Assembly: GCA_013115125.1 (NCBI GenBank) | Contig: JABANN010000210.1 | Span: 1 to 52,819 of the forward strand | Reading direction: 5' to 3' | Length of the DNA stretch: 52,819 bases | Source: Perkinsus olseni | Taxonomy: Eukaryota | Shown here: positions 13,434 to 23,245 of the stretch, piece after piece | Position numbering within the stretch: position 1 is the first letter of the stretch | Layout: each line of letters opens with the position of its first letter | Notes under the pieces: generated by a model | Told to the model about the DNA's origin: nothing | What the model saw: only the letters and a program-made list of their open reading frames with translations | The model's database searches: none | Position numbers and translations under genes: made by a program

Positions 13434-14606
13434 TTATGGAAGAATGGTCGAATATTGTGGCACATCAGTAGGCGCCTCGGTGGGAGCATCAGTAGGCGCC
13501 TTAGTGGGAGCATCAGTAGGCGCCTCAGTAGGAGCATCAGTAGGCGCCTCAGTGGGAGCATCACTAGGCGCCTCGGTGGGAGCATCAGCAGGCGCCTCGG
13601 TGGGAGCATCAGTAGGCGCCTCGGTGGGAGCAGCAGTAGGCGCCTCGGTGGGAGCAGCAGTAGGCGCCTCAGTGAGAGCATCAGTAGGCGCCTCGGTGGG
13701 AGTATCAGTGGGAGTTCCGGTAGGAGCCTCAGTAGGGGCCGCAGTGGGAGCCTCGGCAGGGGCGTCAGTGGGAGCCTCAGCGGGAGCTTCGGTAGGAGCC
13801 GCAGTGGGAGCCTCAGTGGGAGCTTCGGTAGGAGCGTCAGTGGGAGCGTCAGTGGGAGCCTCGGTGGGAGCATCAGTAGGAGCCTCAGTAGGATCCGCAG
13901 TGGGAGCCTCAGTGGGAGCCTCAGCGGGAGCTTCGGTAGGAGCCGCAGTGGGAGCCTCAGTGGGAGCCTCAGTAGGCGCCTCGGTAGGAGCATCAGTAGG
14001 AGCCTCAGTAGGGGCCGCAGTGGGAGCTTCGGTAGGAGCGTCAGTGGGACCCTCAGTAGGACCCTGAGTAGGAGCTTCGGTGGGAACGTCAGTAGCCTCA
14101 GTAGGGCCCTCGGTGGGGACATCAGTAGAGGCCTCAGTGGAGGATTCTGTAATCGTTTCACTATCACACTCGTAGGGTTCGCCCTCGCAACCCGCATCCA
14201 CACCTTCATAACAAAGGGTACCGTCAGACTTGACAATTATACCGAAACAGACTGGAGGGGAGATCCACGTCTTGCAGTATGAGCCAGTGGTAGACTCCTG
14301 ACAGCTCACCAGGGAATTACAGACGTCAGAACAGGTCCATATCGAGGTGGTGGAGGCTGTAGAGGTAACAGGGGGTTTATCGTCGCACATCACAGGGCTA
14401 AGTGTTGTATCATCGCAGTTACCACTACCGTCGCCTGGTTGATAACAAGTAGTGGCATCATCGTAGTAGAGGCCGAAACACACACCATTCTCCTTACAGT
14501 AGGAACTCCCACAGCCCTCGGTGAGGGAGCAGTACTCTTCGCAATAGTAGGTCGACTCGATAAGACTAACCAAGTACACTACAACAACAATCGCGCTGAA
14601 CAGCAT
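13434..14606 (-). CDS. Secreted Cys-rich protein with TEAP/TDAP mucin-like tail (390 aa)
   Basis: Signal peptide, two SYCK..VCFG Cys modules, then a long tetrapeptide-repeat stalk. Confidence 0.9.
   Translation of the reverse strand: MLFSAIVVVVYLVSLIESTYYCEEYCSLTEGCGSSYCKENGVCFGLYYDDATTCYQPGDGSGNCDDTTLSPVMCDDKPPVTSTASTTSIWTCSDVCNSLVSCQESTTGSYCKTWISPPVCFGIIVKSDGTLCYEGVDAGCEGEPYECDSETITESSTEASTDVPTEGPTEATDVPTEAPTQGPTEGPTDAPTEAPTAAPTEAPTDAPTEAPTEAPTEAPTAAPTEAPAEAPTEAPTADPTEAPTDAPTEAPTDAPTDAPTEAPTEAPTAAPTEAPAEAPTDAPAEAPTAAPTEAPTGTPTDTPTEAPTDALTEAPTAAPTEAPTAAPTEAPTDAPTEAPADAPTEAPSDAPTEAPTDAPTEAPTDAPTKAPTDAPTEAPTDVPQYSTILP
13465..14140 (-). repeat. 12-bp-unit coding minisatellite (TEAP/TDAP/TAAP)
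   Basis: Tandem units of the cagtgggagcct / cagtaggcgcct type. Confidence 0.95.
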
Positions 14607-15616
14607 TAAGGCGGACGATCAAACAAACCTGAGCAAAGCGAACTCCAGCAAGGATCGTGTGAGGTCACCATATGTGTGGTAATGCATTGCGACTAAGCTG
14701 CGCAACGCTACTTCAGAGATTACTTTTCATTTCTCATTAACCTTCTTAACTTGAGCTATGAATCACACTAAGGAGTAGCTGAGGCGCGGTGCGGTGCGAC
14801 CGCACAACGAAACTGTCGAATCTTGCGGTTTCGAGTACACAACGGTCAGCGCGCTCGTTGTCTTCCAAGCGCGGTGGTCTTCTCCGACATGCTCGGACTG
14901 ATGTCTTTTACTCAGCACATGTTCCGCTCATCGAGGAACTCGAATGATGAGCATCTGACTGATCTAGAGACAGTTGAGCGACTTTAAAGTTATGCCGTGT
15001 GACTTATTCTCGGAATATCAAATCCGCTCTTGACCGGCCTGACCGTTCGCCTGTGAGTAAGCAACCTTCTGTTGCCTAGAGGAAGCATCCAGCTCTTAGC
15101 TGTCAAACTCTCGAAGGTAGCGCAAGCCGAACCCAGTTCCTCAGCGGTTGATTCGAGCGGAGTGGCAACACTAGGCACATGATACGATCCGAACAAGCAA
15201 ACTGGCATGACGATTTCATAGCTTATAAATTGGACTTCATTCGAACTTCACAGAATTTGAGCGAACTTGGGATTGCGCTCGGGGACGAATCATACTCAGA
15301 CAGGGGTAGGTTTTCAGCGGGCTGCGGGAGAAATGTAGACAGGGTCACCCGGTCCGGGTGGTTCAAAGGTGATCAACGCCGCTGAGCCCCGGGGACCAAG
15401 CAGGGTGATGCAAGCCTTGCTGTGTGAGAAATATTTTGCATGCTAGTGATATTGTAGAAAGTGAAAATCGTAGCGAGAGATAGGAATATCGTATCCCGCG
15501 ATAGTCCACTGTGTCGTACTGGTTTGGTAGCATGAATTGCTATCGCATGAATTTGACATGGGTTGTACTCGAGAATATTTATATTGTATTCCATGTTAGT
15601 ATAAGATCGTTTAGAT

Positions 15617-16582
15617 ATGCCCGATTCTAATACGCGTCAATCGTACAGCCGGAAAGACGGTATTAATAGTCATAACTTCGACATCATTGTCAGCCTTGCC
15701 GCTGCCGCGCCATTCACTTCACTTCTACCTCTGGAGATCTGCAGCGAGCTCTGGTCATTCCTAGCACCCTCACCGACTCTCCTCAAAACCAATCACCCGG
15801 AAGCTTATTTTCGCTCCGGTGATTCTGTCAGCGTATCATTTGAATATCATAATTCAATCATATCAAGGAGCCCCTACGTGGTCGGGTTACGTCAGCTCGG
15901 GCAGTTTCCAGAGTTTGCTTGGGCGACTAATTGTGAAGTGCTGAGCACCTGCGGCGTCCAAGACGGCTTGGTGGTGTCCTTAAGCGACAGCCGCTTGCTT
16001 TTGTTGAAATACAAGATGCCACAAGCAATGGACCTTCGAGCTCACCTCTTCTCCGATGACTCTCTCGGAAAATGCATCCCGAAGGTTGCGTCGGAAAAGG
16101 GGAAAATTCTCTATTTCAGCGATAGAGATAATAAACGAATCATCCGTGTTGACTTGGACAACGGCAAGACTTTCCGCTCGCCACCCATGCGGGGGCTGCC
16201 TCTGGTCTCCTATGAGTTTACAGTCCTCGACGGGTTGGTCTTCATTGTGAACATGCTAGACAGCAGCATACTATGCTGGGACCGCTACGCTGGGCCATCT
16301 GCCGAGTGGGTGTTGATAACAAGGACCATCCCAAGGCCTCGCGGGCTCTCTTTGGGTCTGCAAGGAAGATGCCTTTACGTCAGCAGCGCCCTCGATGAGT
16401 ATTTCTATCGGGTGGTACTGTATGAAGAGTTCAAAGTGGAGAAGATATGTTACGCCGGTCAAGCCCAACAGCTGAGCTACAGTCCTCGTAGAGGCCTAGT
16501 CGCCCTAGTCAATACATATTTTAATAGACTTGAGACGTGGCAGGAGACATGCTGGGTCACGTCTACTCGGCAGAGTGCCTAA
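15617..16582 (+). CDS. 321-aa hypothetical protein with an N-terminal F-box-like motif and a beta-propeller-like C-terminus
   Basis: Intact intronless ORF; LLPLEICSELWSFL motif; NHL/YWTD-like strand KILYFSDRDNKRIIRVDL. ORF conserved in the other arm. Confidence 0.7.
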   Translation: MPDSNTRQSYSRKDGINSHNFDIIVSLAAAAPFTSLLPLEICSELWSFLAPSPTLLKTNHPEAYFRSGDSVSVSFEYHNSIISRSPYVVGLRQLGQFPEFAWATNCEVLSTCGVQDGLVVSLSDSRLLLLKYKMPQAMDLRAHLFSDDSLGKCIPKVASEKGKILYFSDRDNKRIIRVDLDNGKTFRSPPMRGLPLVSYEFTVLDGLVFIVNMLDSSILCWDRYAGPSAEWVLITRTIPRPRGLSLGLQGRCLYVSSALDEYFYRVVLYEEFKVEKICYAGQAQQLSYSPRRGLVALVNTYFNRLETWQETCWVTSTRQSA

Positions 16583-18355
16583 CGTCTTTTGTGTCAACAT
16601 TTCTGGTGCTGTCTTGTTCTTCGTATCATCATGGTCTGCCATTTTCAAAGATGTTGAGTTGCGATTTAGTCTCGCCGATCTATGTGTGCGAATACAGAAG
16701 CCCTCGAGAGGCGTGCAAGGAAAAGAACGAACTGAACTTCGCGAAGCTCAAACTTTCTGGAGTAACATTAGCGCATTCCCTAGCTAGTAGCCATACTTCG
16801 TCAACGAGCGGAAGCAGTGATACCCGAATACCCCTGCGAAACGAGCTTTCTGTGACTTTCTATTCGCAATGGGCATCGCAATGAGAACAGTGTATGCGAG
16901 TGATACTCTTTATAGAGGAGCTTCAGAGGAGGGACAAGATCCTTGTTATCCATGACGGAGTCCTCTACTATTCATTGTCTTCGCCCTCCTTCACCACCCT
17001 CAAGTGATTCTCGTATTTTCGCTGTGGCGGCGACCACAGTAGCAGGGAGGCCCTGTTTGGGCCTCGGGTTTCGCGCGCCTCTTATTCTTACCCAGAAGGG
17101 GTGAGCCTTCAGAGCCATTACCGAGACCATAACCGATGTGAATGGCAAAAGGCGATGAGTGGAGACAGCGATGGCCATTGCGCAGTAAGGATTGGCAAAG
17201 AGAATCGCAACTGGAGGAGACTGAACCCTTCCCTTCAACAGACTCCTTGAGAACAAGGAACAGCGGATATTGACGGGAAAGCCCCGAAACCACGTAGATG
17301 CCCAAGCCTGTCCTGTTTCTTGCTGTCATTCATTAATGTCTGGTCGAATGAATTGCTGGTCGAATGAAGTATAGCGTGCAGTGGGACATTCACTTGCGCT
17401 GAGTGCCTCCCAGGCCTCCGATTGACGTTGATGGTGCCACTTTTGAAGATGAAGTTCCAAAGTAAACGTCGGCAAGGAACAATGGTATCGGACTCTCTAT
17501 ATGGGGCCAGGTCTTTGATGTGAGGACCCCTTAATGGGTGGGAGATCCTCCTCAAGGGTCTCAATTGGGAGCCCTGAGCGCTACCACCACGGACTTAGTC
17601 GATGCGATCTCGGAGAACTCAGAGAACTCCATCTGAGAGGCGCAGACATCGACCGAACCCCTCCCGTTAGCTGTAGCTACTGATATCAATGACAGTAGAG
17701 CAGTAACGGAGACAATTGACGGATACACGGAACGATAACGGAAAATGTAAGGGCACAAAAAAGCCCGAAGGATTGCTCGAAGCTGGAAGGCCGGCGGAGC
17801 GCTCGAAGACTCACAAGAAGGCAAGAATATATCATACCAGTATTGAAGCAACACGTACAGTATTAGCCGATCATAAATCAATGATGACTTATTATCACGT
17901 TCCCGCTCACAGCTCCTGCGCAGTACAACAGTATCAACATAATTGTAATCATCGTCGTTGTCATACTGAGCCGCTCGTCGTCGTTCTGACGGAATGTGGG
18001 CGACGCTGACAGCGTCACGCTGTCCGTCTCCATACTAGCGTCGGAGGCGAGCTCATGCCTCGTCGCTGGAATTCCATTTGGATGGAATGGCCTTGGGCGA
18101 GAAAAGAATGGTGGAGTTGAGTAATGAATGGCATTAGAATGGACTCGGGGATCTGTTCGCCCTGGGAAACAGCTCGGGGACCTGGTTGCCTCCTCGGATT
18201 TCGGGAGGGGCTCCCGGTTGCCTGTTTATGGCTTCACCGCAATTCAGGCGCTGCGTTCTGTTGACTATCTCGTGCGGTTCATTGAATTGCGTCCTTCACG
18301 CGATTCATCCGACGTCACATAACTCGAGGAGCGAGAACAGTTCATCCCCATTGAG

Positions 18356-19295
18356 ATGTCGCGGGCCAAGTCCATCATCATCACTACTGCAGTGGCAATG
18401 GTTGTCAATTTAGCTCCCCTCGGTGAGGCAATCGAGGCAGCCGCGCGGGTGAACCCCCTCAATCTTGAAGTAGTAACCCGCTTCTCTGAGCAGTCCCTTC
18501 TTCACAGCGAGGGGGACTTTCTATAAGAATCCTTCAGGACTTCCCTCCACTGCTCGACATGAGCCTCAGGACCGACGGAGGTGGTGTGACTTGTCACTAC
18601 AGCAACGAAAAGAACATGGATGGAGGCCCTAAATCGATCAAGTTCCGCCTCGAACGGGGCAGCGCGGCGAAGACAGAACTCGTAGCTTGCCCTGTGTGGG
18701 GGAAACACTTCAGTTTTCGAGGCGAATTGTAAGTCATCTCCTCGGACTTCCAGTTCCTCCCCTATTGACTTCTCTGTGTTGTAGTGGCTTCGATTCCAAC
18801 GTTCTCAAGAGGTTCTACAGCAACTTCCCACGATTCAACTACCTTGAAGCAGGCCAGATCTACAAGTTTGAGGATCCTCCGGAACCAACCGGCTTGGATC
18901 CACTCCGGAATGTCAGTGCGTCAGCTTACAGTCACGTGCTGGAGAGCGTGAGCTCAGCTGCCAAAGAACTGGAGAAACCAGCCGGAATCTCGGGCGAATG
19001 GATGCCTCAAGATATCCTATTTTCCATGGCCAATGGGATCAACACTTTACGCGAAATGCGGGAAGCTTGTTCGGCTGCGTTGTCGATCATAAGGAAACAA
19101 TACCCCACGTTTATTAAAATCTGTGATGAATACTTTAGACTGTCGGTTAAGACAGTCGATACTACACTCTCAGCCGTGACCAAAGGATGGCGTCTCGAGA
19201 AGAATGCAAATGTCAACACGTTTCGCCGCAGTGCGGGTGGCCGCAGTTCTGGCGAAGGTGTTTTCGGAGCTTTTCTACACAAGTTTGGGTTCTGA
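18356..19295 (+). CDS. Three-exon secreted hypothetical (effector-like) protein
   Basis: MSRAKSIIITTAVAMVVNLAPLGEA leader. Exon 2 reads ILQDFPPLLDMSLRTD...FSFRGEF. The intron GTAAGT(18729)...TGTAG(18784) joins in frame to GFDSNVLKRF...HKFGF*. Confidence 0.7.
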
Positions 19296-19944
19296 TGTGT
19301 GAATGAGACCGAGACGTGAAGAACGTGTGAAATCGTCATTATATTCATCATGATGTTGTTGTCTACTGCTTCTCTCTTGTTGCGTTTAGTAAGGCGGCCC
19401 CACTGAGGCCCTATGAGCGCACCTTTCTCTTCAACAGACGTACAAGAGAGTCTCCCGCATACTGGCTCTATTCACTCAAGTGCGAACTTCCGATGGTCGG
19501 CGGCGGCCGCTGAGAGTCACTAGTATCACCAGTTTGGTAATAGCAACAGGTAGATCAGAAGAGAACCCCGAAATGCAGACAATTTGCAGACCTTTTGGTC
19601 AGACTCCGGGAGAGCATTGACAATACTTTCGACGCTGATATGGCGCTCCTGCCGCGGCAGCGGCGCTGCACCACTGGAGAAATCTTCGTCGGGTCATGGA
19701 CTCTCTACTGACGTTAAGCGTTAGAAGATCGTTGGATGACTTTCCAATCAGACCCTCGGATATGAGCTCAACTTGCCACAGACATGAGCCAGGTCGTCCG
19801 ACGTCCCGCTTGCGAAGCGGCAACTCATTTTCCGTCAACTGAAACCTTCGACTACGGGGATTGGGAGTCGAGGCGGTGGCCGCGACGAGCCTGAAGGCAG
19901 TGAGGGTAACAAGGGAAGACACCGACTGCCTACGTAGTACCTGC

Positions 19945-20036
19945 TGCCTTACGCCAGGCTGGCGTAAGGCAAGCGAAACGGGAGCTGCTGGCGTCGCCAG
20001 CAGCTCCCGTTTCGCTTGGCTTAGCCAAGTTGGCTA
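19945..20036. repeat. Cluster of three abutting perfect palindromes with 1-nt centres
   Basis: 19945-19971 (13-bp arms), 19970-20018 (24-bp arms), 20022-20036 (7-bp arms). Confidence 0.95.
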
Positions 20037-20413
20037 CGCATAGCGTGTACATAACCTCTACGCGTGTAGCGGTCAGCCTGTAGTGAACCGCCTCTCCAGT
20101 TGTTGTTGTTTTATTCGGATACATCATTGTGTTCGATCTGTCTCTATGGCGTGTGCAGGTGCACAATCTTGGTAGCGATCCGCCGAGAGAAGGATCAGCG
20201 GGAGTGAAATTCCTCCCGCAGAGGTCTAGCGTGCGCACAGGTGTGCGCCATGGAGCCCATGTGATGAAGGGTGTTTCAAGCTATAGCTAGTTGTTCTCAC
20301 CCTGAAGAGAAGAAGTTGATACTATAAGTGTAATGTAACTGGCGGATGGACGCTCGACCCAGCCCTCCGCTCCCTGGATGTGGAGGTAGGAGACCACAAT
20401 TTACTGAGCCGGT

Positions 20414-21456
20414 ATGCTCTATGTCGATGATGTCGGCTGGGTGGTCGCGGAAGAGAACGTTCTCTCTGTTCTCACTAGTATTTTGCTTATTGACGAGGCT
20501 CTTGGACTTGACATTTCGTACGAGAAGCTCCATGTGACTACCAAACCTCACAATCTACTAGATTGAATCTAGGTTACCAATGGGACCTTGACAACCTCAC
20601 GGTATCCTTGCCGGATGATAAGCGAGCCAAACTACTCCTCGACCTTGCTCAGATTATCGATAACTATCCGGGCAACTCTATAACTCCCTCGCTCCTTGAC
20701 AAGGTTACAGGACGCTTGACTTGGGCTACCCAAATAGCACCCCTTTTCAGCGCTGAGCTTTCGCCGTTCTACGGCCTGCAGGCGATCGTTCGTAAACTTC
20801 ATTTGCATAAGGCTAAGGTGGGAGATTCCTTGGTGCGGTCTGCCAAAGTATTCCGTGCTCTGCTCCAGAGCTCTACCATGGCGTCAACCACTGCCTCGCA
20901 GTTGCTCGGTTGGGCGTCTTCCCTTGATAGGGAAGCAGTAGTTGTCGCGGATGCTTCGCTTACGGGACTAGGCGGTGTTATCTTCGACACCACTAGCGTT
21001 GCGGGCGCGGATTCCCGCTGTTCTAACTTGGAGTGGTTTACGGTGGACTATGCCCATAATGCTTTGCTTCGGACACTCATCGCCACTTCAGGTGGTCTAT
21101 CGAGCTCCGATATCGGACCTTTGGAACTAGTAGCCTCGGTTATAGGTATACTCCGGGCTCTACAGCGTGGGGCCGACACGGTGACGGTCTTGTCGGATAA
21201 TGTTGCCACTGTTGCTTGCATCAATCGTAGGCGTGCTAAATCGCCAAGGATGAATGAGATTATGTTGCGTCTCCGTCAAGCTTGGCCCAGTCTTGGTTAC
21301 TGTGTTCTAGCTGATCATGTACGTGGAGAGGCCAATGGGTTGGCAGACTTCCTATCTCGTTCTTCGTCGGTGCAGAGAAACCAGATGATGAGCGGGTTGG
21401 GGGTCGAGGTTAATGTTGCACCAATTTTGCAGATGCTGGCCTTGTCCTTGCTGTAA
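20414..21456 (+). pseudogene. Reverse transcriptase C-terminal half plus DIRS-type RNase H
   Basis: MLYVDDVGW...LGLDISYEKL (YxDD motif) is frameshifted by a 14-bp insertion at 20558-20571 into NLGYQWD. RNase H motifs VVADAS..GLGG, LEL, LSDN, HVRGEANGLADFLSR follow. Confidence 0.9.
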
Positions 21457-21548
21457 ATATTATTTCTATGCGTGTTTAAGTTCGTGTGGTGTTGTTCGCT
21501 CGGATCGTTATTTTTCCGTTTGGGCAGTTTAGTTTGAGCTTGCCGGAC

Positions 21549-22730
21549 ATGGGTGATCGCATCGATCCAGCTGTGGAAAGAGAGTTCTATTCGCATCGAG
21601 CTAGTTGGGTCGTGGGGCCCTCACGTCGATCGAGAGCATCTTCGAGTTCGGTGACTGTGTCAGGGAAGGCTGTGGTCACCGAGAGAGCGATTGTGCCTTA
21701 TACTCCAATTGGGGCTGCGGGGCAGCAGCGGAGTCGCGCGGGAGGCTCCAGTAATCGCAGGTTGCCCGATGTTGACGAGATGGATATCAGTTCCCACATG
21801 GAATGTGCAAGGGCGCCCTCCACCAATAAAAAGCGAGGGTCTGTTATCACTAGATATGTAGAATTGTGTGGGCGGCATGCAGTTGAGTCCTTCCCGATTA
21901 GCTCAGCGAGTCTGATACTCTTCGTGGTGTCACTGACGAAGAAGGCGTTGATGTATGAGACGGTGGCTGATTATGTTAATATCGTTAAGGTCGAATCCCG
22001 CCGATATTCCGAGGTACAGTTATCCCAGACTGCGGATGAAGAGGTACGTTTGACGTTGCAAGCAGCCAAGCGGCTTCTTGGGAATAGGAAGAAGGATAGG
22101 ACCGTAACGCTTAACGTTGCGCAAGTGCGTGTACTTTCATATCTCACCCCTGAGTCTGGTCGGCGGCGCAGCACAGTTGCTTACTTGATAGGCATGATGG
22201 GCTTGATGAGGTTGAAGGAGGTTGCCGCACTGAAACTTGGTGACCTAGCCTTTGGTGTACGAGGCGATTATGTGGCAATAAAGATAAGGTCGTCTAAGAC
22301 CGATCAGAGTGGTGTGGGCCGGACAATTTATATAGGTTGCGTATCAGCACCGATCCCTGATAGTTGTACCGAACACGCTTGTGCTGTCCACCGATTACTC
22401 AGGATGATTGAAAGTTTCGAGAGGTTAGACAGGAAGGACTCCCTGTTCGGAGCGTCATATTCACAACTTAGTGAAGATATTAAGTCGTTAGTCACAACAA
22501 CACTCGATGGTAATCTGGACGAGGAAGAAGCTGGGAAAAGAACGTCACACAGTATGAGACGTACTGGGGTGCGTCTACTAGCCGATGCTGGACTGCGCCT
22601 GGAAGACATCGCTGATTATGGGAGATGGAAAGATGTACGCACTGTCCAGAATAATTATATGAGAGATGCTAGTGGACGTCCAGCGCGCGAGAAGTCTTAC
22701 TCCCACAGAATGATGATTGAAGTATTCTGA
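21549..22730 (+). CDS. Tyrosine recombinase of a DIRS-type element
   Basis: Uninterrupted ORF with the catalytic set: GLMRLKEV (R), SSKTDQ (K), HSMRR (HxxR), YGRW (W), NNYMR (Y). Confidence 0.9.
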   Translation: MGDRIDPAVEREFYSHRASWVVGPSRRSRASSSSVTVSGKAVVTERAIVPYTPIGAAGQQRSRAGGSSNRRLPDVDEMDISSHMECARAPSTNKKRGSVITRYVELCGRHAVESFPISSASLILFVVSLTKKALMYETVADYVNIVKVESRRYSEVQLSQTADEEVRLTLQAAKRLLGNRKKDRTVTLNVAQVRVLSYLTPESGRRRSTVAYLIGMMGLMRLKEVAALKLGDLAFGVRGDYVAIKIRSSKTDQSGVGRTIYIGCVSAPIPDSCTEHACAVHRLLRMIESFERLDRKDSLFGASYSQLSEDIKSLVTTTLDGNLDEEEAGKRTSHSMRRTGVRLLADAGLRLEDIADYGRWKDVRTVQNNYMRDASGRPAREKSYSHRMMIEVF

Positions 22731-23057
22731 GCTACTGCGGTACTATTTTACATGTAGTTTGAGCTCAGTAATCCCTTGCAATGATTTGACTTTGAGTGGA
22801 ATTAAGTTCGGGAGTCGAGTTGTGCTGAATTCAGCAGAGGTTGCGAGTGCCGGGAGGTAGGAGACCACAATTTACTGACTCGGTCCTAATTGGATATGGA
22901 GTCCGGTAATTCATGTGGTATCCTACTGAATATTGACTGACAGGTTCTCATCACCTGTTCGAGGTGAGAGACTATCAGTTATAGCGGTGTTACTACACCG
23001 ACGCTGCCAGTCACTATTCACACTCCCAACCTCTGCATCATGGGAATTTCACGTTGC

Positions 23058-23190
23058 AGTAGGTGTAGTTGTAGAACACAACATAAGTAGATTGGGCTCA
23101 TAGTGAACGAGATAGAGCAGATAGAAAGGTGGAGTAGTTGAGAGAATAGAGTGATAATGCGAAGCTAGTATGAGCAGCACAGCTCCATTG
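23058..23190. repeat. ~135-bp repeat; inverted partner at 32741-32882
   Basis: gtaggtgtag..cataagtaga.tgggctcatagtgaac..agtgataatgcgaagctagtatgagc..gctccattg is present as the reverse complement at 32741-32882. Confidence 0.85.
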
Positions 23191-23245
23191 CGTTATGTAA
23201 ACAGTGCACAGGTCAGTGATATCTTAGCGCCCTTTGTGTATTGCA

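Larger units (their letters stand above)
12583..19778. repeat. Left arm of a ~7 kb inverted segmental duplication
   Basis: Colinear reverse-complement similarity to 41427-48080. Outer anchor: ctcgtatc..atcgaaatagaaacgaaaa. Inner anchor: cggatatgagctcaacttgc. Confidence 0.95.
20382..22926 (+). mobile_element. Internally deleted DIRS-order (tyrosine recombinase) retrotransposon
   Basis: RT remnant, RNase H and YR in canonical order. Exact 26-bp direct repeat ggaggtaggagaccacaatttactga at 20382-20407 and 22853-22878; complementary tract at 22914-22926. Boundaries approximate. Confidence 0.85.

Noticed and set aside
13465-14140. CRISPR-like array
   Set aside because: Tandem coding repeats without unique spacers; eukaryotic context; no cas genes.
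13359-14282. Long alternative-frame ORFs (SRRLGGS, VGAS, LLRLP repeats), also at 46677-47288
   Set aside because: By-products of the stop-free 12-bp TEAP minisatellite.
20280-20301. Possible ITR pairing with 22963-22985
   Set aside because: Only weak gapped similarity; cannot be distinguished from chance.
19970-22730. Protelomerase plus palindromic target site
   Set aside because: The recombinase follows RT/RNase H in DIRS order and has DIRS-type motifs; nothing supports a telomere resolvase.
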